In this document: positions 1-12,133 of the stretch, piece after piece | How positions within the stretch are numbered: position 1 is the first letter of the stretch | Layout of the letters: each line of letters opens with the position of its first letter | From: Epiperipatus broadwayi | Taxonomy: Eukaryota > Animalia > Onychophora | Direction of reading: 5' to 3' | DNA length: 64,000 bases | NCBI GenBank assembly: GCA_028023455.1 | Contig: JAQFVV010000010.1 | Location: forward strand, 2,170,001-2,234,000 | Notes under the pieces: model-generated | Told to the model about the DNA's origin: nothing | Databases searched by the model: none | What the model saw: only the letters and a program-made list of their open reading frames with translations | Made by a program: the position numbers and the translations under genes

Positions 1-469
1 AAAATGAGCATTTTTAATATTGCATGGTTTTAGAATACAAACAATTTCAAGAATAACTTTTATTCTGAATAGCTACCAAGATTACTCAAAATGATAATGT
101 CATTAAATATGAAATACAATTATTCAATTTCTTACTATAAATATAGTAGTTTAGATATCAAAATGAAATTAAATATCGCTATATCGTTGATCATCCATCC
201 TCTCTGAAAATTTTTTGCTATACATTTAAATATACCAAAGATGGAGTTTTTATTCGCCCAACAATTTCATGTACATATAATATTTCAAATTTGTTTATAA
301 CAAAATAGAGGCTGAATTTCTAAATTCTTAATGTCAATAATATATCACAGAAAAAATAATAGTATAACCATGTTATACAAATCATACGTTAACCATCACT
401 AGTATAAATTCTAAAAATATTATCTGTAATATGGAAACATGGAATTTAAACAAAACATTATACAAAATA

Positions 470-1170
470 CAGTACTTGTAAATGCTTGTCAAATTCTAAC
501 TCATTTGGCCAAAATATTTAAACATGGAACTTAACCAAAACATTATACAATACAGTACTTAATATTCTATAGAAAGTAATCATCTTTTCATCACAAGCAC
601 CATTAAACATTGGTGTTCAATCCAGCCACAAGATAGAGACTTTAAGGAAATGAGAGCGGCCATTTTATTCCTGAACTCAAATGTAATTATATGAGCCAAT
701 TTTAAATGTCTAGAAGTGAAAGCGTAAATTTATAAATCAGTCATGTTAAATCATTTCTTATTTTTAATGTTCTTATTAGCATTTCTGAAATTTTAAATTT
801 ACTATGCACAAATATTAAATGATGTTAAATTATAATATTTGATCAATTTTACAAGTTTATGTTTTAGATTGTAATAAACTATAGAAAGTAATCATTCTTT
901 CCTCACAACAATCATTAAACATTAGTGTTCAATCTGCAAGTGTACTTTCGCTTCCTCCACAAGATAGAGAATTTAAGGAAATAAGAATGGCCGTCTTATT
1001 CCCGAACTCAAATTATATGAGCCAATCTTAAGTGTCTAGAAGTGAGAGCATTAATTTATAAATCATTCACTTTAAATCTATTAGCACTTCTGAAATTTTA
1101 AATTTACTTTGTGCAAATATTTGTAAATGCTTGTCCAAATTCTAATTCATTTGGTCAATATATTTAAACG
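470..1170. repeat. Imperfect direct duplication (~310-330 bp period)
   Basis: Blocks such as tatagaaagtaatcat...cattaaacatt.gtgttcaatc (~567, ~881) and cacaagatagaga.tttaaggaaat...tctagaagtga (~627, ~958) recur in the same order. Confidence 0.6.
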
Positions 1171-1497
1171 TTTTCCTCAGTTAGAACAACAACACTACCT
1201 ACGGTAATCAAATATTGTTGCATAGTTGAAGTACAATATTCTATTGCTTAGTTGGTCAGCCTTTGAGTAGATAAACTTTCATTGGTATATCAGTCTGAAA
1301 ATACGAACGCTTAGTCGTATCATTTAAATTACTATCTGATTGGTAAATTTGTTTCCGACAGATAATAAATTTATTGTCTGATCTGAAATGTGGAGTTAAA
1401 AAAATCTTTATCTAGTAAATCAATTAATAATACTAACATTATTTTTTCCTCCCCTTCGAAATCATAAATTTTTTAAAGGACCTTAAAAAAATAGTAA

Positions 1498-1862
1498 CAT
1501 TAATAAAACACAACTTTCTATATAAAAAGGTAATAACACGCTAATCTTCCTTATATTACATTTACATTAGGTCTAAACAACAAAAAAGTAAATGCTACAC
1601 ATTTTGGAAAATATAAAGAAATATTTTAAAGTATGTACAAAAATCTTCAATGCAAAATTAAAAAAAAAAAATGAATGATATTAACAAAACACAACTTTCT
1701 ATATAAAAAGGCAATAACACGCTAATCTTCCTTATATTACGTTTGCATTAGGTCTAAACAGCAAAAAAGTAAATACTATACATTTTGGAAAATGTAAAGA
1801 AATATTTTAAAATATGTACAAAAATCTTCAATATGTAAAATTTAAAAAAAAAAGTATGATTA
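1498..1862. repeat. Tandem duplication, ~181 bp unit x2
   Basis: aaaacacaactttctatataaaaagg...aaaatcttcaat...aaaaaaaaa occurs at ~1504 and ~1686. Confidence 0.85.
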
Positions 1863-1873
1863 TTTTTTTTTAC

Positions 1874-1991
1874 CATAAGCATTATTTGACGATTCAACTT
1901 CTGTAACCGAAAATAAACAAATAAGCCAACAAAATATCGATAGTACCATAAATGTTACATTCCCGGTAATAACTCTAAAGGACGCAGCCAT
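1874..1991 (-). CDS. Probable first coding exon of an unidentified secreted or membrane protein (signal-peptide-like)
   Basis: AAGATGGCTGC start context (ATG 1991-1989); MAASFRVITGNVTFMVLSIFCWLICLFSVTEVESSNNAY has a hydrophobic core; G|GTAAAA phase-1 donor at 1874/1873; lies in a CpG-retaining patch. Confidence 0.55.
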
Positions 1992-2560
1992 CTTTATTTG
2001 TTTGTTTTTTTGTTTTTTGCGGTTGTTATTGTAGATGGCAGTCTCTGTATCAGGGACGGCCAGCTTATGGCGCATGTGCCAAAAGTGATACATTAAATTA
2101 AAAATTGTGTACGATTTATATTACCTGAACAGAAAGTAACTAAAGCTTCCCATGAGTTATATACCGTAGATAAACTCTCAGATCAGAACACACAATTAAC
2201 CTATTGCTGAATTCTAGAGTGCGCATTTATCGTATTTATTTGATCATGAAGCAACAGGCAGCAAATGCTAACATGGGTCACCAGTTACTCAATCAGTTTA
2301 GTGCTAACTTGTGTTATAACGTTCGATCGACTACTGATTCCATGTGTGTGAACAGTCATATTAACAGTTCTTTAAGTTTGAAGTAAGATTACCATTTCAT
2401 GAACGCGTATATCAAATTTACTGAATCCTGCAATTATTCGGTGGGTTCTGTGTGTAATTGCCATCTGGTCGATTGTTTTATGGCAGGAAACGATCTCGTG
2501 TTTCATCAGTTATAATATAGATATTACGAGAGACGAAGACTCCTTGAAAATATTTTTAAA
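1992..2560 (-). promoter_or_regulatory. CpG-retaining putative promoter/5' region of the minus-strand gene
   Basis: Many CpGs (gcgc, cgatcg, acgcgt, acgag) against a CpG-depleted background, directly upstream of the candidate ATG. Confidence 0.4.
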
Positions 2561-2989
2561 CGTACCGAATTGTATTAGGCATTCATGAAAACAGGAATCT
2601 TAAACTTGCAGAATTGTTTTTGAATGCTCATAATGTTTAAAATCTTAAAATAATTTAAATAAATTCTTAAATAATAATCTTTACTTTTTGGAAATATTTT
2701 TTTTAGTTAGTTATCCATTACTTTGCCTAAAAAAATGAACAGATAATAGTAAACGCTAGTTTAATGAACTGTGGGGAAATGAGCTTATTTATTGAAGGTC
2801 GTTCGAGAAAATGGTTTGCATTCTTTGTGAAAGTATTCTTTCAGATAATAGAAGACATGATCTTAACAGTCACTATAGAAAACATAAACTCAATTAGAAA
2901 AAAACATGTTAGTTCCTGATATGTCTGGAAGCGTAACTTTTGTTCTCCAGACTGCATGAAATCTAAATTTATCCTCTAATAAAAATCCC

Positions 2990-5900
2990 AATTATACGGT
3001 TAAAATTTAGTACAGAAGTTTATATTATTAAATAACATATATACAATTTAACGATATATAAATAGTATCATATGTATACAAAAATAAGATCTATACAACT
3101 GATCAGTCTTTAACTTGCTTTGGTGCGTTCCGAGTCAACTTCACACGGGAAATTTAAGGTACATACGGAGATGTCCAGCACCGAAGTTAAATGTTCATCT
3201 GCATATCAGAAGCTTCCAACGGCAAACCTGGCTTCTACCAATTAATTATCCAATTACTCTTCTGATTAGCGCTTCTATATCTCGACTATAAGGTAATTAT
3301 TTCATTTATTCAAGATACATTCTGGGCCGGAGAATTTTACTTCTATTGTATTAAAAAATTATTTTTGTATTTCTAGAATTGTTATCAATGAATGAATCAG
3401 GAACTCCAATCATTTAATTGTTAACAGTATATATTTTTATTGAAAGAATTTAATTACTTATTTCTGGAGATTTTAACTAATTGTTCTTTTCATCTACTCA
3501 GAAAATAATCTTTACTGATCACATAAACTTTTATATTTTAGTTTAGTTTACGATTTCAAGAAGCTAAATTTTAAAATTACTGTGTATGTATTTTACATAC
3601 ATGTATATACATCATCCTATTGCAATTAACCATTTTATATGTATGTATTTAAACATACATAACATCTTCCCCCCAAGTTCTTTATTTTTTTCTCTGAGTT
3701 TAAATAAAGTCACTGGGGGTAATTTGGAATCCTTTATCTTTTTACACATTGAGGTGGATGCAGCTTTGCTTATTATATCACCCTTCTGGTACACAGTTGA
3801 TCTTCGTCACGGTGGGTAAACTTTCTGATTTAGTACTATTGGGTTGGTATCCATTCTCTTGAATAAATTGGGTATTATATCCACACTTTCATCTTTATGC
3901 AATTGATTAACATGTTTGTAATAGATTTTTATCATTCATACAAGCAATTATCACTTGCTTCGATAGATGACATATAACTACGGCTTGTGACCAGAATTTA
4001 TTCCAGGTTATTTTTAGCCCACACTCTTCTGGTGTAAACTTATAGATACTCTCTGTTTGTTCATTATGATCTGCTGTAGGTACAATGTTAGATCAGTTTT
4101 GTACTTGGCTTTTGATCTAAATATACTTCAGCCAGTAATTTTCCAGATTTAGCAGCTGGAGTCAAATGCTGATAAAGCAGTGCTGTAAGCACTGCTTCCC
4201 ATATTCTTGTTTTCTCCATTTTGTTAATGGATGACTTAAGGTTTTGCATGGCTTTTTTGGCCAATCCGTTAGATTGAGGGTGGCAAGGGGATATGAGTAA
4301 ATGTTTTATCCCTCCATTCTTGCATAGCCTTTTCAAATTTTTCTGATGCGAAGCCAATGATATGAAAAATTTTGTATAATTTATCAAGAATTCTAACCGA
4401 ACTCGTATTTTTAACTAATTTATATCTGGACCATCCTGAATTTGCTTCCATGATCATTAGGAAAAAATGTCCCTCAATTGGGCCACAGTGATTGATGTGA
4501 ATATGCTGCCATGGTCTCTCAGCTTTTGCTCATGCTTTAAACATTGACCGAGGTGCTTTGAATATCGCCATTAATATTCAGTCACCAGACATAACTATGG
4601 GACAATGCTTCGATGATATTCATCAATAATTTTAATATTTAATTTCTCCCCTTAACTGGCATTAGCACATGATCACCCATTAGAATGCAGACTGACAATT
4701 AATCACGGGTGTTCCATAATTCTTTATGGAGAAATTTTGGGCATTTATTAGGACAATTTTCTCGGAGTTGTTTTACAATCCACTGGTAGCTATCATCTTC
4801 TTTTATCCAATGAACTACTGTTTTGCCATTAAGGGTTTGATTCCTTTTGATAGGGTTCAGTCTGGTCAGCATGCCCTATTTGCTTTCCCCTCCTATATTC
4901 CAGTATATAGTCATAGCCTGCCAAAATGTTCAGCCATCTTATCATCTGAGAACTAAGATGTTTGGGAATCTGTTTGTTTTCTGAAATTCCCAGTGGGGAT
5001 TTATGATCAATTATTATAGTAAATCTATGTCCATACAAGTCTTGATGAAATTTTTGAACACCAAATAATATCGCAAGAGCTTCCTTGTTCAAATCTATGT
5101 CCATACAAGTCTTGGTGAAATTTTTGAAAACCAAATAATATCGTAAGAGCTTCCTTGTCCATTTGACTATAATTTTTCTTCACTTTGGACAAGGTGTGCT
5201 AAGCATAGGCAATGGGGCTTTCACCTGACTGAGCAGGGTGACAACACTTCTGCTCCCAAATTTATATGCATCGGCCCTAAGAGTAGCTTCTAAATTGCTT
5301 TTATAATGGACTAGTAATTTATTTGGGGTTAGCAGTGACTTTGTACATAAAAATGCTCTTGCTCAGGTTCCTATTTCCATTTCTGGTTCTTTTTAAATAG
5401 ATCATATAGGGGTCTGGCTATGTGGGCTTTACCCTCCAAAAAATTTTCAAAATAACGAGTCCTAAAAAACCTATAATTGCTTAACATTCTTCTGCTACAG
5501 CTTTAGTCTTTTCTGGGGCAGGAGATATGCCATATTTTGAAATAATATGTCCCAAAAACTTAATTTCAAGAGCTTTCCAAATACATATTTGGGTATTAAG
5601 CTTGGTCCCATTTTGAGTTTTTTGCATACTCTAATTAAACGAATTCTAAGTTTGTTTTCAATAGTAGCAGTAACATGAATGTCAAAAAATGGAATGAACC
5701 TTCAATTCCATTATGGAGAGCTTTAATTTTTGACTGAAATATGCTGGGATAGAAATTATCCCAAATGGGAGTCTGTTGCATTTAAATAACCCTGTATGGC
5801 TTTCTCAGAGACTGGTATCTGGTGGAAAGCAGCATTTAAATCTAATTTTGCAAAAAAAAAATAAGATTTCTACAGAGATGTTACTATTTCTCTCGCATTG

Positions 5901-8143
5901 GAAACAGGGTATGCATTTTTATTAATAGCTTTGTTGATACCTGACAGTCACCACACAAATGAATTTGTTCATTGGGTTTAGTAATAATTACTAATGGCAT
6001 AGCTCAATCAGATTTTTCTGTGGGTTCTAACATGTCTCTCTTAACTAATTAGTTAATTTCCTTCTCTTTCTTTCTGAGTGAACGGAATCTTACGCGATTT
6101 GCAAATAATAGGTATGGACTCAGTGATTATTTCTAACAACACAGGTGTCATTTTATTACCCAGTAAACAAACTAGGAAATTTGTCTCATTTTCATTTTTA
6201 ATTCAGTCTTTTATGAATGTGAATTATGCCCAATTTTCTGAACCAGTCCTGACCTATTAGTGAGGTAATTGGAGCGTAAACTAAATATAATTTGACTACT
6301 TTTCACTATTCTACTCACAAGGGCTTTAATCACACTTTTAATTTTGATAGCATTTCCGTTTATATCCAAGACTTTTAGTTCAGTTTTCTCAATTGTCAGT
6401 GATTTTATACAATTTGCAGTTACAGAGAACCATTCCTGGATATATGGGCTGGTTGCACAATTTTAATTTTAGCATTATTTTATCATCTTCAGTAATCAAC
6501 GTAATTTAATATTGGTTAATTAATTTCCCTATTAAATGTACCCCTATAGCTATTTCTTTCTTTACCAGTCTCATTATTTTTATTCTTACACATTGTTTCA
6601 ATGTGATCTTTTTTTTTTTTTTTACAAATTTTGCAACATTCATTCTATGGAAACAGTTGCTGGCCTTGTGGCCATTTTCCCTACAACAAAAATAAATAAA
6701 TAGATTTTTACTATTAGCATTATTGTCTTTGCTATTAATAGATTTTTTTTAATCAGTTATAAGTTTTGCAAATGTCAGTTTGTGCATTACCATTGCATTT
6801 AAACTCTGAACTTTCGAGATTGCTCGACAACTAATTCATAGGCTATCTCATGCTTTATAGCTTTGTTACAATTTATATCATTTGTCTAATAATTGTTGCC
6901 TTAACTGTCACTAATCATACTCCTCAGAAATTGTTCTAGGAGGGCCTCATCAAGGAAAGATTCATAGACAATTTTTTGCAAGGTTACGAAGAGCAATATT
7001 GTAATCTTTTACTCTTTCGTATCTACTCTGATAACAGTCATGGAAATGAAAGTCTGATGACATGCCTAGAGGAATGGGGATTAAAATAATTTAATAATCG
7101 ATTTTTAATTTGGTCATATGAAAAATCTTCAGGAGTCGGATTCTGAGAGTCTGTTTATTATTTTTATAACTCCTTTAGCAGCAAAACATAATAATGTTGC
7201 TATTTTAATTTTATCTTTTTCAACTCCATTAATGAAGAAATATTTTTTGACATGTTGGATGTCCCAAGGGCCAACTACTTGCCTCACTGACATTGAACTT
7301 TTCGATTGAGATTTCATTTTAGCCAATCATTCTATACATCTAAATCTAACCATTAAAATACTAATTGATTCAATATTCAAATCAGAGCTATGCTAATTGC
7401 TATTTCTGGAAGTGAAACTTTTGCTTTCCAGACCGCAAGAGATCTCAATATATCCCTTGGTAAAAACCACAGTTAATATGGTTAAAATTTAGTATTTGAT
7501 ATATATATACAGAGATTTACATTTTTAATTAACATATATACAATTTAACAATATATAAATAGCTCCATAGGCATACATAAATAATAATTAAGATCTATAC
7601 AACCAGTTCAGTCTCTAACTTGCTTTGGCATGTTCGGAAGCAAATTTCTCTACACTGGAAGTTTAAAGTACATATGATGACATCCAGCATCAAAGGTAAA
7701 TGTTCATCTGCACACCAGAAGCTTCCAACAGTAAGTGCTTGTTTATTTTTGCCACCTGGCTTTTGTCGGTTGATTGTCCAATTACTTTTCTGATTGGCTT
7801 TTTCAGATCTCGCCAATAAGGTAATTATTGCATTTATTTGAGATACATCCTGGACCGGAGAATTTTACTTCTATTAAATTGTATTAAAAAGTTATTTTTG
7901 GATTTTTAGAATTGTTATCAATGAATGAATCAGCAACTCACAATCATTTAATTGTTTATATATTTTGTCTGAAAGAATTTGATTACTTATCTAGAGATTT
8001 TAACTAATTGCTCTATTCATCTAATTAGAAAATAATATTTTCTGATCATGTAAACTTTTATATTTTATATTAGTTTATCATTTCAAGAAGATAAATTTTT
8101 AAATTACTGTGTATGTATTTTATATACGCATATATACATTATC
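2990..8143 (-). mobile_element. Decayed full-length Ty3/Gypsy LTR retrotransposon (Gypsy-A)
   Basis: Paired LTRs ~2990-3664 and ~7471-8143; polypurine tract GGGGGGAAGA followed by TGTTATG at 3664; gag remnant (KYFFINGVEKDKIKIATLL, 7129-7326); RT remnant (NRLPFGI, ~5770); RNase H (KEALAILFGVQKFHQ...RWLNILAGYDYILEYRRGKQIGHAD, 4829-5134); integrase (HPQSNGLAKKAMQNLK, 4088-4387); many stops and frameshifts. Confidence 0.9.
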
Positions 8144-9305
8144 AAAAATTAAAACAGCCAAAACTTTCCATACAGTAGTGCCAGTCAGTGCTAACCAGAG
8201 TAATCAATGGATGTCAGAAGGCTTGTGCATAAAATCCCCATCTAGTGCCTACTCATCCAATATCCCTAGACTTATCTCTACTTAACTACAAAATGAGAAT
8301 AAAATTGAAAACACAATATTTAAAGATCAATACCTTATATAGTCATATGGATCTGAACTCAGTTCAGTACCAATACATTTTAGTGTCTTTGGCTCTTTAA
8401 CAACCATAGCCATCACTATCCTATTAGGCAGGATTGGTGTTAAACCACTAAACATCATATGATCACCATTTCTTATGCTAGCACATAAGTGTTATTAAAA
8501 CAGGCAAAATGCTCTGTACAGTAGTGCCACTCAGTGCCAACCAGAGTAATCAGTGGATACCAGAAAGCTTGTATGTAAATCCCCATCTAATGCCTTCTCA
8601 TCCAATATCCCCAGACTAGTTTCTGGCTTGTGGCCTTAGTCACTGAGGAGCTTTGGATCTGAGAGCACTGCACCTAGAACTTAGAATATAATGCAATCCT
8701 CCATCAGCCACCTTTTATCTCTACTTAATGAAAACAATAATTTCAATCTAAGCTCAATAGCTTATATAGTCATATGGGTCTGAACTCAGTTCAGTACCCA
8801 TAATTTTGATGTCTTTGGCTTTTAACAACCATAGCCACAACTTTTCTATTAGGCAGGATTGGTGTTAAACCACTAAACATCACATGATCACCATTTCTTA
8901 TGCTAGCACAAAACTTATTAAAACAGACAAAACTCTCCATACAGTAGTGCCACTCAGTCCCAACCAGAGTAATCAAGGGATGCTAGAAAGCTTGTGCATA
9001 AAATCCCCATCTAGTGCCTACTCATCCAATATCCCCAGACTAGTTTCTTGGTTGTGGCCTTCATCAGTGAGCTGCTTTGGATTTGAGAGCCCTGCACCTA
9101 GATCGTAGAATCTAATGCAACCCTCCAGCATTCATCTTTAATCTCTACTTAACTACAAAACTACGAGAATAAATTGAAAGCACAATATTTTCAATCTAAA
9201 CTCAATAGTTTATGTAGTCATATAGATCTGAACTCAGTTCAGTACCCATACATTTTGGTGTCTTTGGCCTTTAACAACCATAGCCACCACTATCCTATTA
9301 GGCAG
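8143..9305 (-). repeat. Family A HHR repeat, ~2.6 tandem units (consensus ~450 nt), abutting the 5' LTR of Gypsy-A
   Basis: Marker ctattaggcag at 8421, 8846 and 9295; no ORF; HHR deleted in unit 1, mutated in unit 2 (8601-8657) and core-intact in unit 3. Confidence 0.9.
9025..9081 (-). ncRNA. Minimal type I hammerhead ribozyme (family A), core intact
   Basis: Minus strand reads UCCAAAGCAGCUCA-CUGAUGA-AGGCCACAACCAA-GAAA-CUAG-UC/UGGGGAUAUUGGA; predicted cleavage between 9038 and 9037; helix II weakened in this copy. Confidence 0.7.
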
Positions 9306-10718
9306 TTGCAAATGATTTTACAATCATTTTATTAATCTTACATAAGTATGAGTTTCAGATGAAACAAGCATAGTCGGAATTGACAGTTGTCCATTTTTTT
9401 ATCAATAATATTACCTCAAAAGTGCAGCTCATTCAAACTGAAACCTATTAGATACAACCTTAATCTATCTTGTCTATGCAGTGTGATGGTACTCCATTCA
9501 TAATTTATAAATTTCCCGCTTTAACATATATTTTTAAATTCCTTTATCATTTACAGGTTCCTACTATTTTTGTTACAATTCAAATTTAATAAATAAATTA
9601 AATTAAGCCAAAGAAGAATACTCTTGAAAATGATAGCAGTATTCAACATTTTGAATAAAATATTGCATTGAGAATCCTTGCAGAAATAGCATATAAATTC
9701 TTTCCAAATGAATGAAAAACAGTTTAAAGTTCTGGTATTTAATTAAAGAATTATCTTTCTTAAAATAAAATTTGCATATGATAAAATAAATAAACTGAAG
9801 TAAATGAAAGTTTTTACAATGCAATAATAATACCTTTGGTAAAAATCTATCATTGTTATAGACTTGTGAGACAACAGATCACTTCCTGAAAAGTATATGC
9901 ATTGTTTAAAACAATTTCCCATAGTGTAAGTTGGAATAGTTTGAAGAATAAAGAGGCTAGGTTAAAAAATCTGAATAAATGATTATTTTAGCTAGGCATA
10001 AGTTTTTACTTTAACTAAAAATAATTAGCACTTGAATGCACTGAAGAAGGATGATGTGTGTATACAGGCGTAATGATTAAGACTTATATGCAGTAAGTCA
10101 CATGATAGACAATTACAGTTGTGTTTGAAAATTGGATGTTACAGAGGTTACAATTTTTTAGTAGCTAAGTTACAGATTCTAAAAATGACTTTAATTAATT
10201 GAAATTGTCTAGACAGTAGACTAAACAATAATTTAATATTAAATCATTATTACATTAAAGATTTTACATTATTTAATAAAATAAAAATTATTGGATCAAT
10301 AAAATAATAAAAATATTTATTTAAATGCTATTTTAGATGTCAGAATATTATTTATACTATATTCTTTAAAACATACATTAAAAATATTAGCTATTTAAAT
10401 TCACTTTGAACATTAATTTTATAAACAGGAAGTACTTTTAATAGTTACTGGCATACACATAAATGAAATAACTATTGTTTTAAAATTTATTGGTCAAATT
10501 TTAAGATTTTCTAGAATTAAAAACTAAATTATAGTACTACTAAATTTAACGTTTATAAACTGTATCTTTAAATAAATTAACTTAAATATTTTGAACTAAT
10601 AAAAAGATGCAATAATTAAGTTAAGAATATTTTAACACTTCTACTAAGTTATGCTTTTAATGAGTAATAATTGATTAGACACTTATAATTGCAAAAAAAA
10701 AAAAATTAACAAGTTTAA

Positions 10719-11075
10719 CAATTAATAAGAGTACCAAACTCTCCATATAGTAATGCCACCAAGTGCAAGCCTTCATAATCAATGGATACAGGAAAGTTTG
10801 TGCATAAAATCCCTATGTAGTGCCTTCTCATCCAACATCCCCAGACTAGTTTCTAGCTTGTGGCTGGATTTTAGAGCCTTGCTCATCATTGAAAAAAGCC
10901 ATAAACTAAAAACTAGTCTGTGGATATTGGATGAATAGGCAGTAGATAAATATTTTGTGCATAAACCTTTCTGAATCCATTGATTACAAAGGCTTGCACT
11001 TGATGGCACTACTTTATAAAGAGTTTGGTAGTCTTGTTAACAGCATGTGTATGCATATGAAGTGGTGATCATGCT
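10719..11075. repeat. Family A (subfamily A2) fold-back copy
   Basis: Left arm ~10719-10865 is inverted relative to right arm ~10866-11075; HHR core altered to tcattga. Confidence 0.85.
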
Positions 11076-11885
11076 GAAAATTAAAATTATTGAAATACAC
11101 TTGTTTTAAATTAATAATAACTTATGGTAACAACTATAACATGATTTAATAAATCACAGATGTTGTATAATCATCATTATTGTAATAACTTTTATTGTAT
11201 GGATGATAAACTATATATATATATACTATTACAAAAAACATGAAATTCTGTTATAAGAACTGATGGTTATTATATATTATGAATTTCATTTTTAAATATA
11301 TTTAGTTTGCTTATTAGACATCAAATTTCACTAGTTGTGTAGAGATTTAATAAATAATTCAGTTACTTTCATTTATTGTATTAAAGAAAGAAAAAACTAA
11401 TAGTACTTAGTTATATAAACTGAGAAAAATGATTCTTTTGTTTCACTTTTTGTATGAAACATTATAACCCACAAATTCTGTATTAACCTTAATGATAGGT
11501 TAAATTCTGTAATCACTACACTCATAATTTAGTTTTTAGTATGTGCCATTTCCAATAAGTCAAATAAATATATTACCCATACAGATTTAAGTTTTGGGTG
11601 AATGGATGCACAATGAAAAAACTCAGTGACTTCGCTTACACTAACAGATATTCACTTGTTCATTTACAATGTGATTTGTATATTTAGTAAATGTTATAAA
11701 AGTTTTGCAATACAATGTGTTAGGGTCTGATTCGCTTTTTTTTTAAATGCTTTTATTTAATTTAGAAATTCTGTTTATTTATTAGATTAAAATCTTGTAA
11801 CTGATTTTTAGCATACTTTTATCACACAGGTTTTCTTCAAATTTTGTACATCTTAGGCATCAATAACAGTGCAATGTGGCAATAC

Positions 11886-12133
11886 AATATTTCAGGACTG
11901 TCCAATCACTTGTCCAGTCTAACAGTGCTAGTTAGCTGAAATTCTAATAGCGCTGATATTAATTCAATAAATTTTCAGTGATCTGCAATAAATGGCAATG
12001 TATTTTTAAAATATTTCAGGACTGTCCAATCACTTGTCCAGTCTAACAGTGCTAGTTAGCTGAAATTATAATAGCACTGATATTAATTCAATAAATTTTC
12101 AGTGATCTGCAATAAATGGCAATGTATTTTTTA
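11886..12133. repeat. Tandem duplication, 124 bp x2
   Basis: aatatttcaggactgtccaatcacttgtccagtc...ggcaatgtattttt at 11886 and 12010, nearly identical. Confidence 0.9.

Noticed and set aside
2485-2512. CTGATGA on the minus strand near the left promoter as a hammerhead
   Set aside because: No GAAA follows the putative helix II and there is no helix I.
8791-9108. Short ORFs in family A repeats (also 10753-11009 and 16761-16952) as proteins
   Set aside because: Not preserved between copies and no recognisable domain.
8143-9305. CRISPR-like or satellite interpretation of the tandem repeats
   Set aside because: Eukaryotic context, no repeat-spacer structure; the units are long, dispersed and often inverted.
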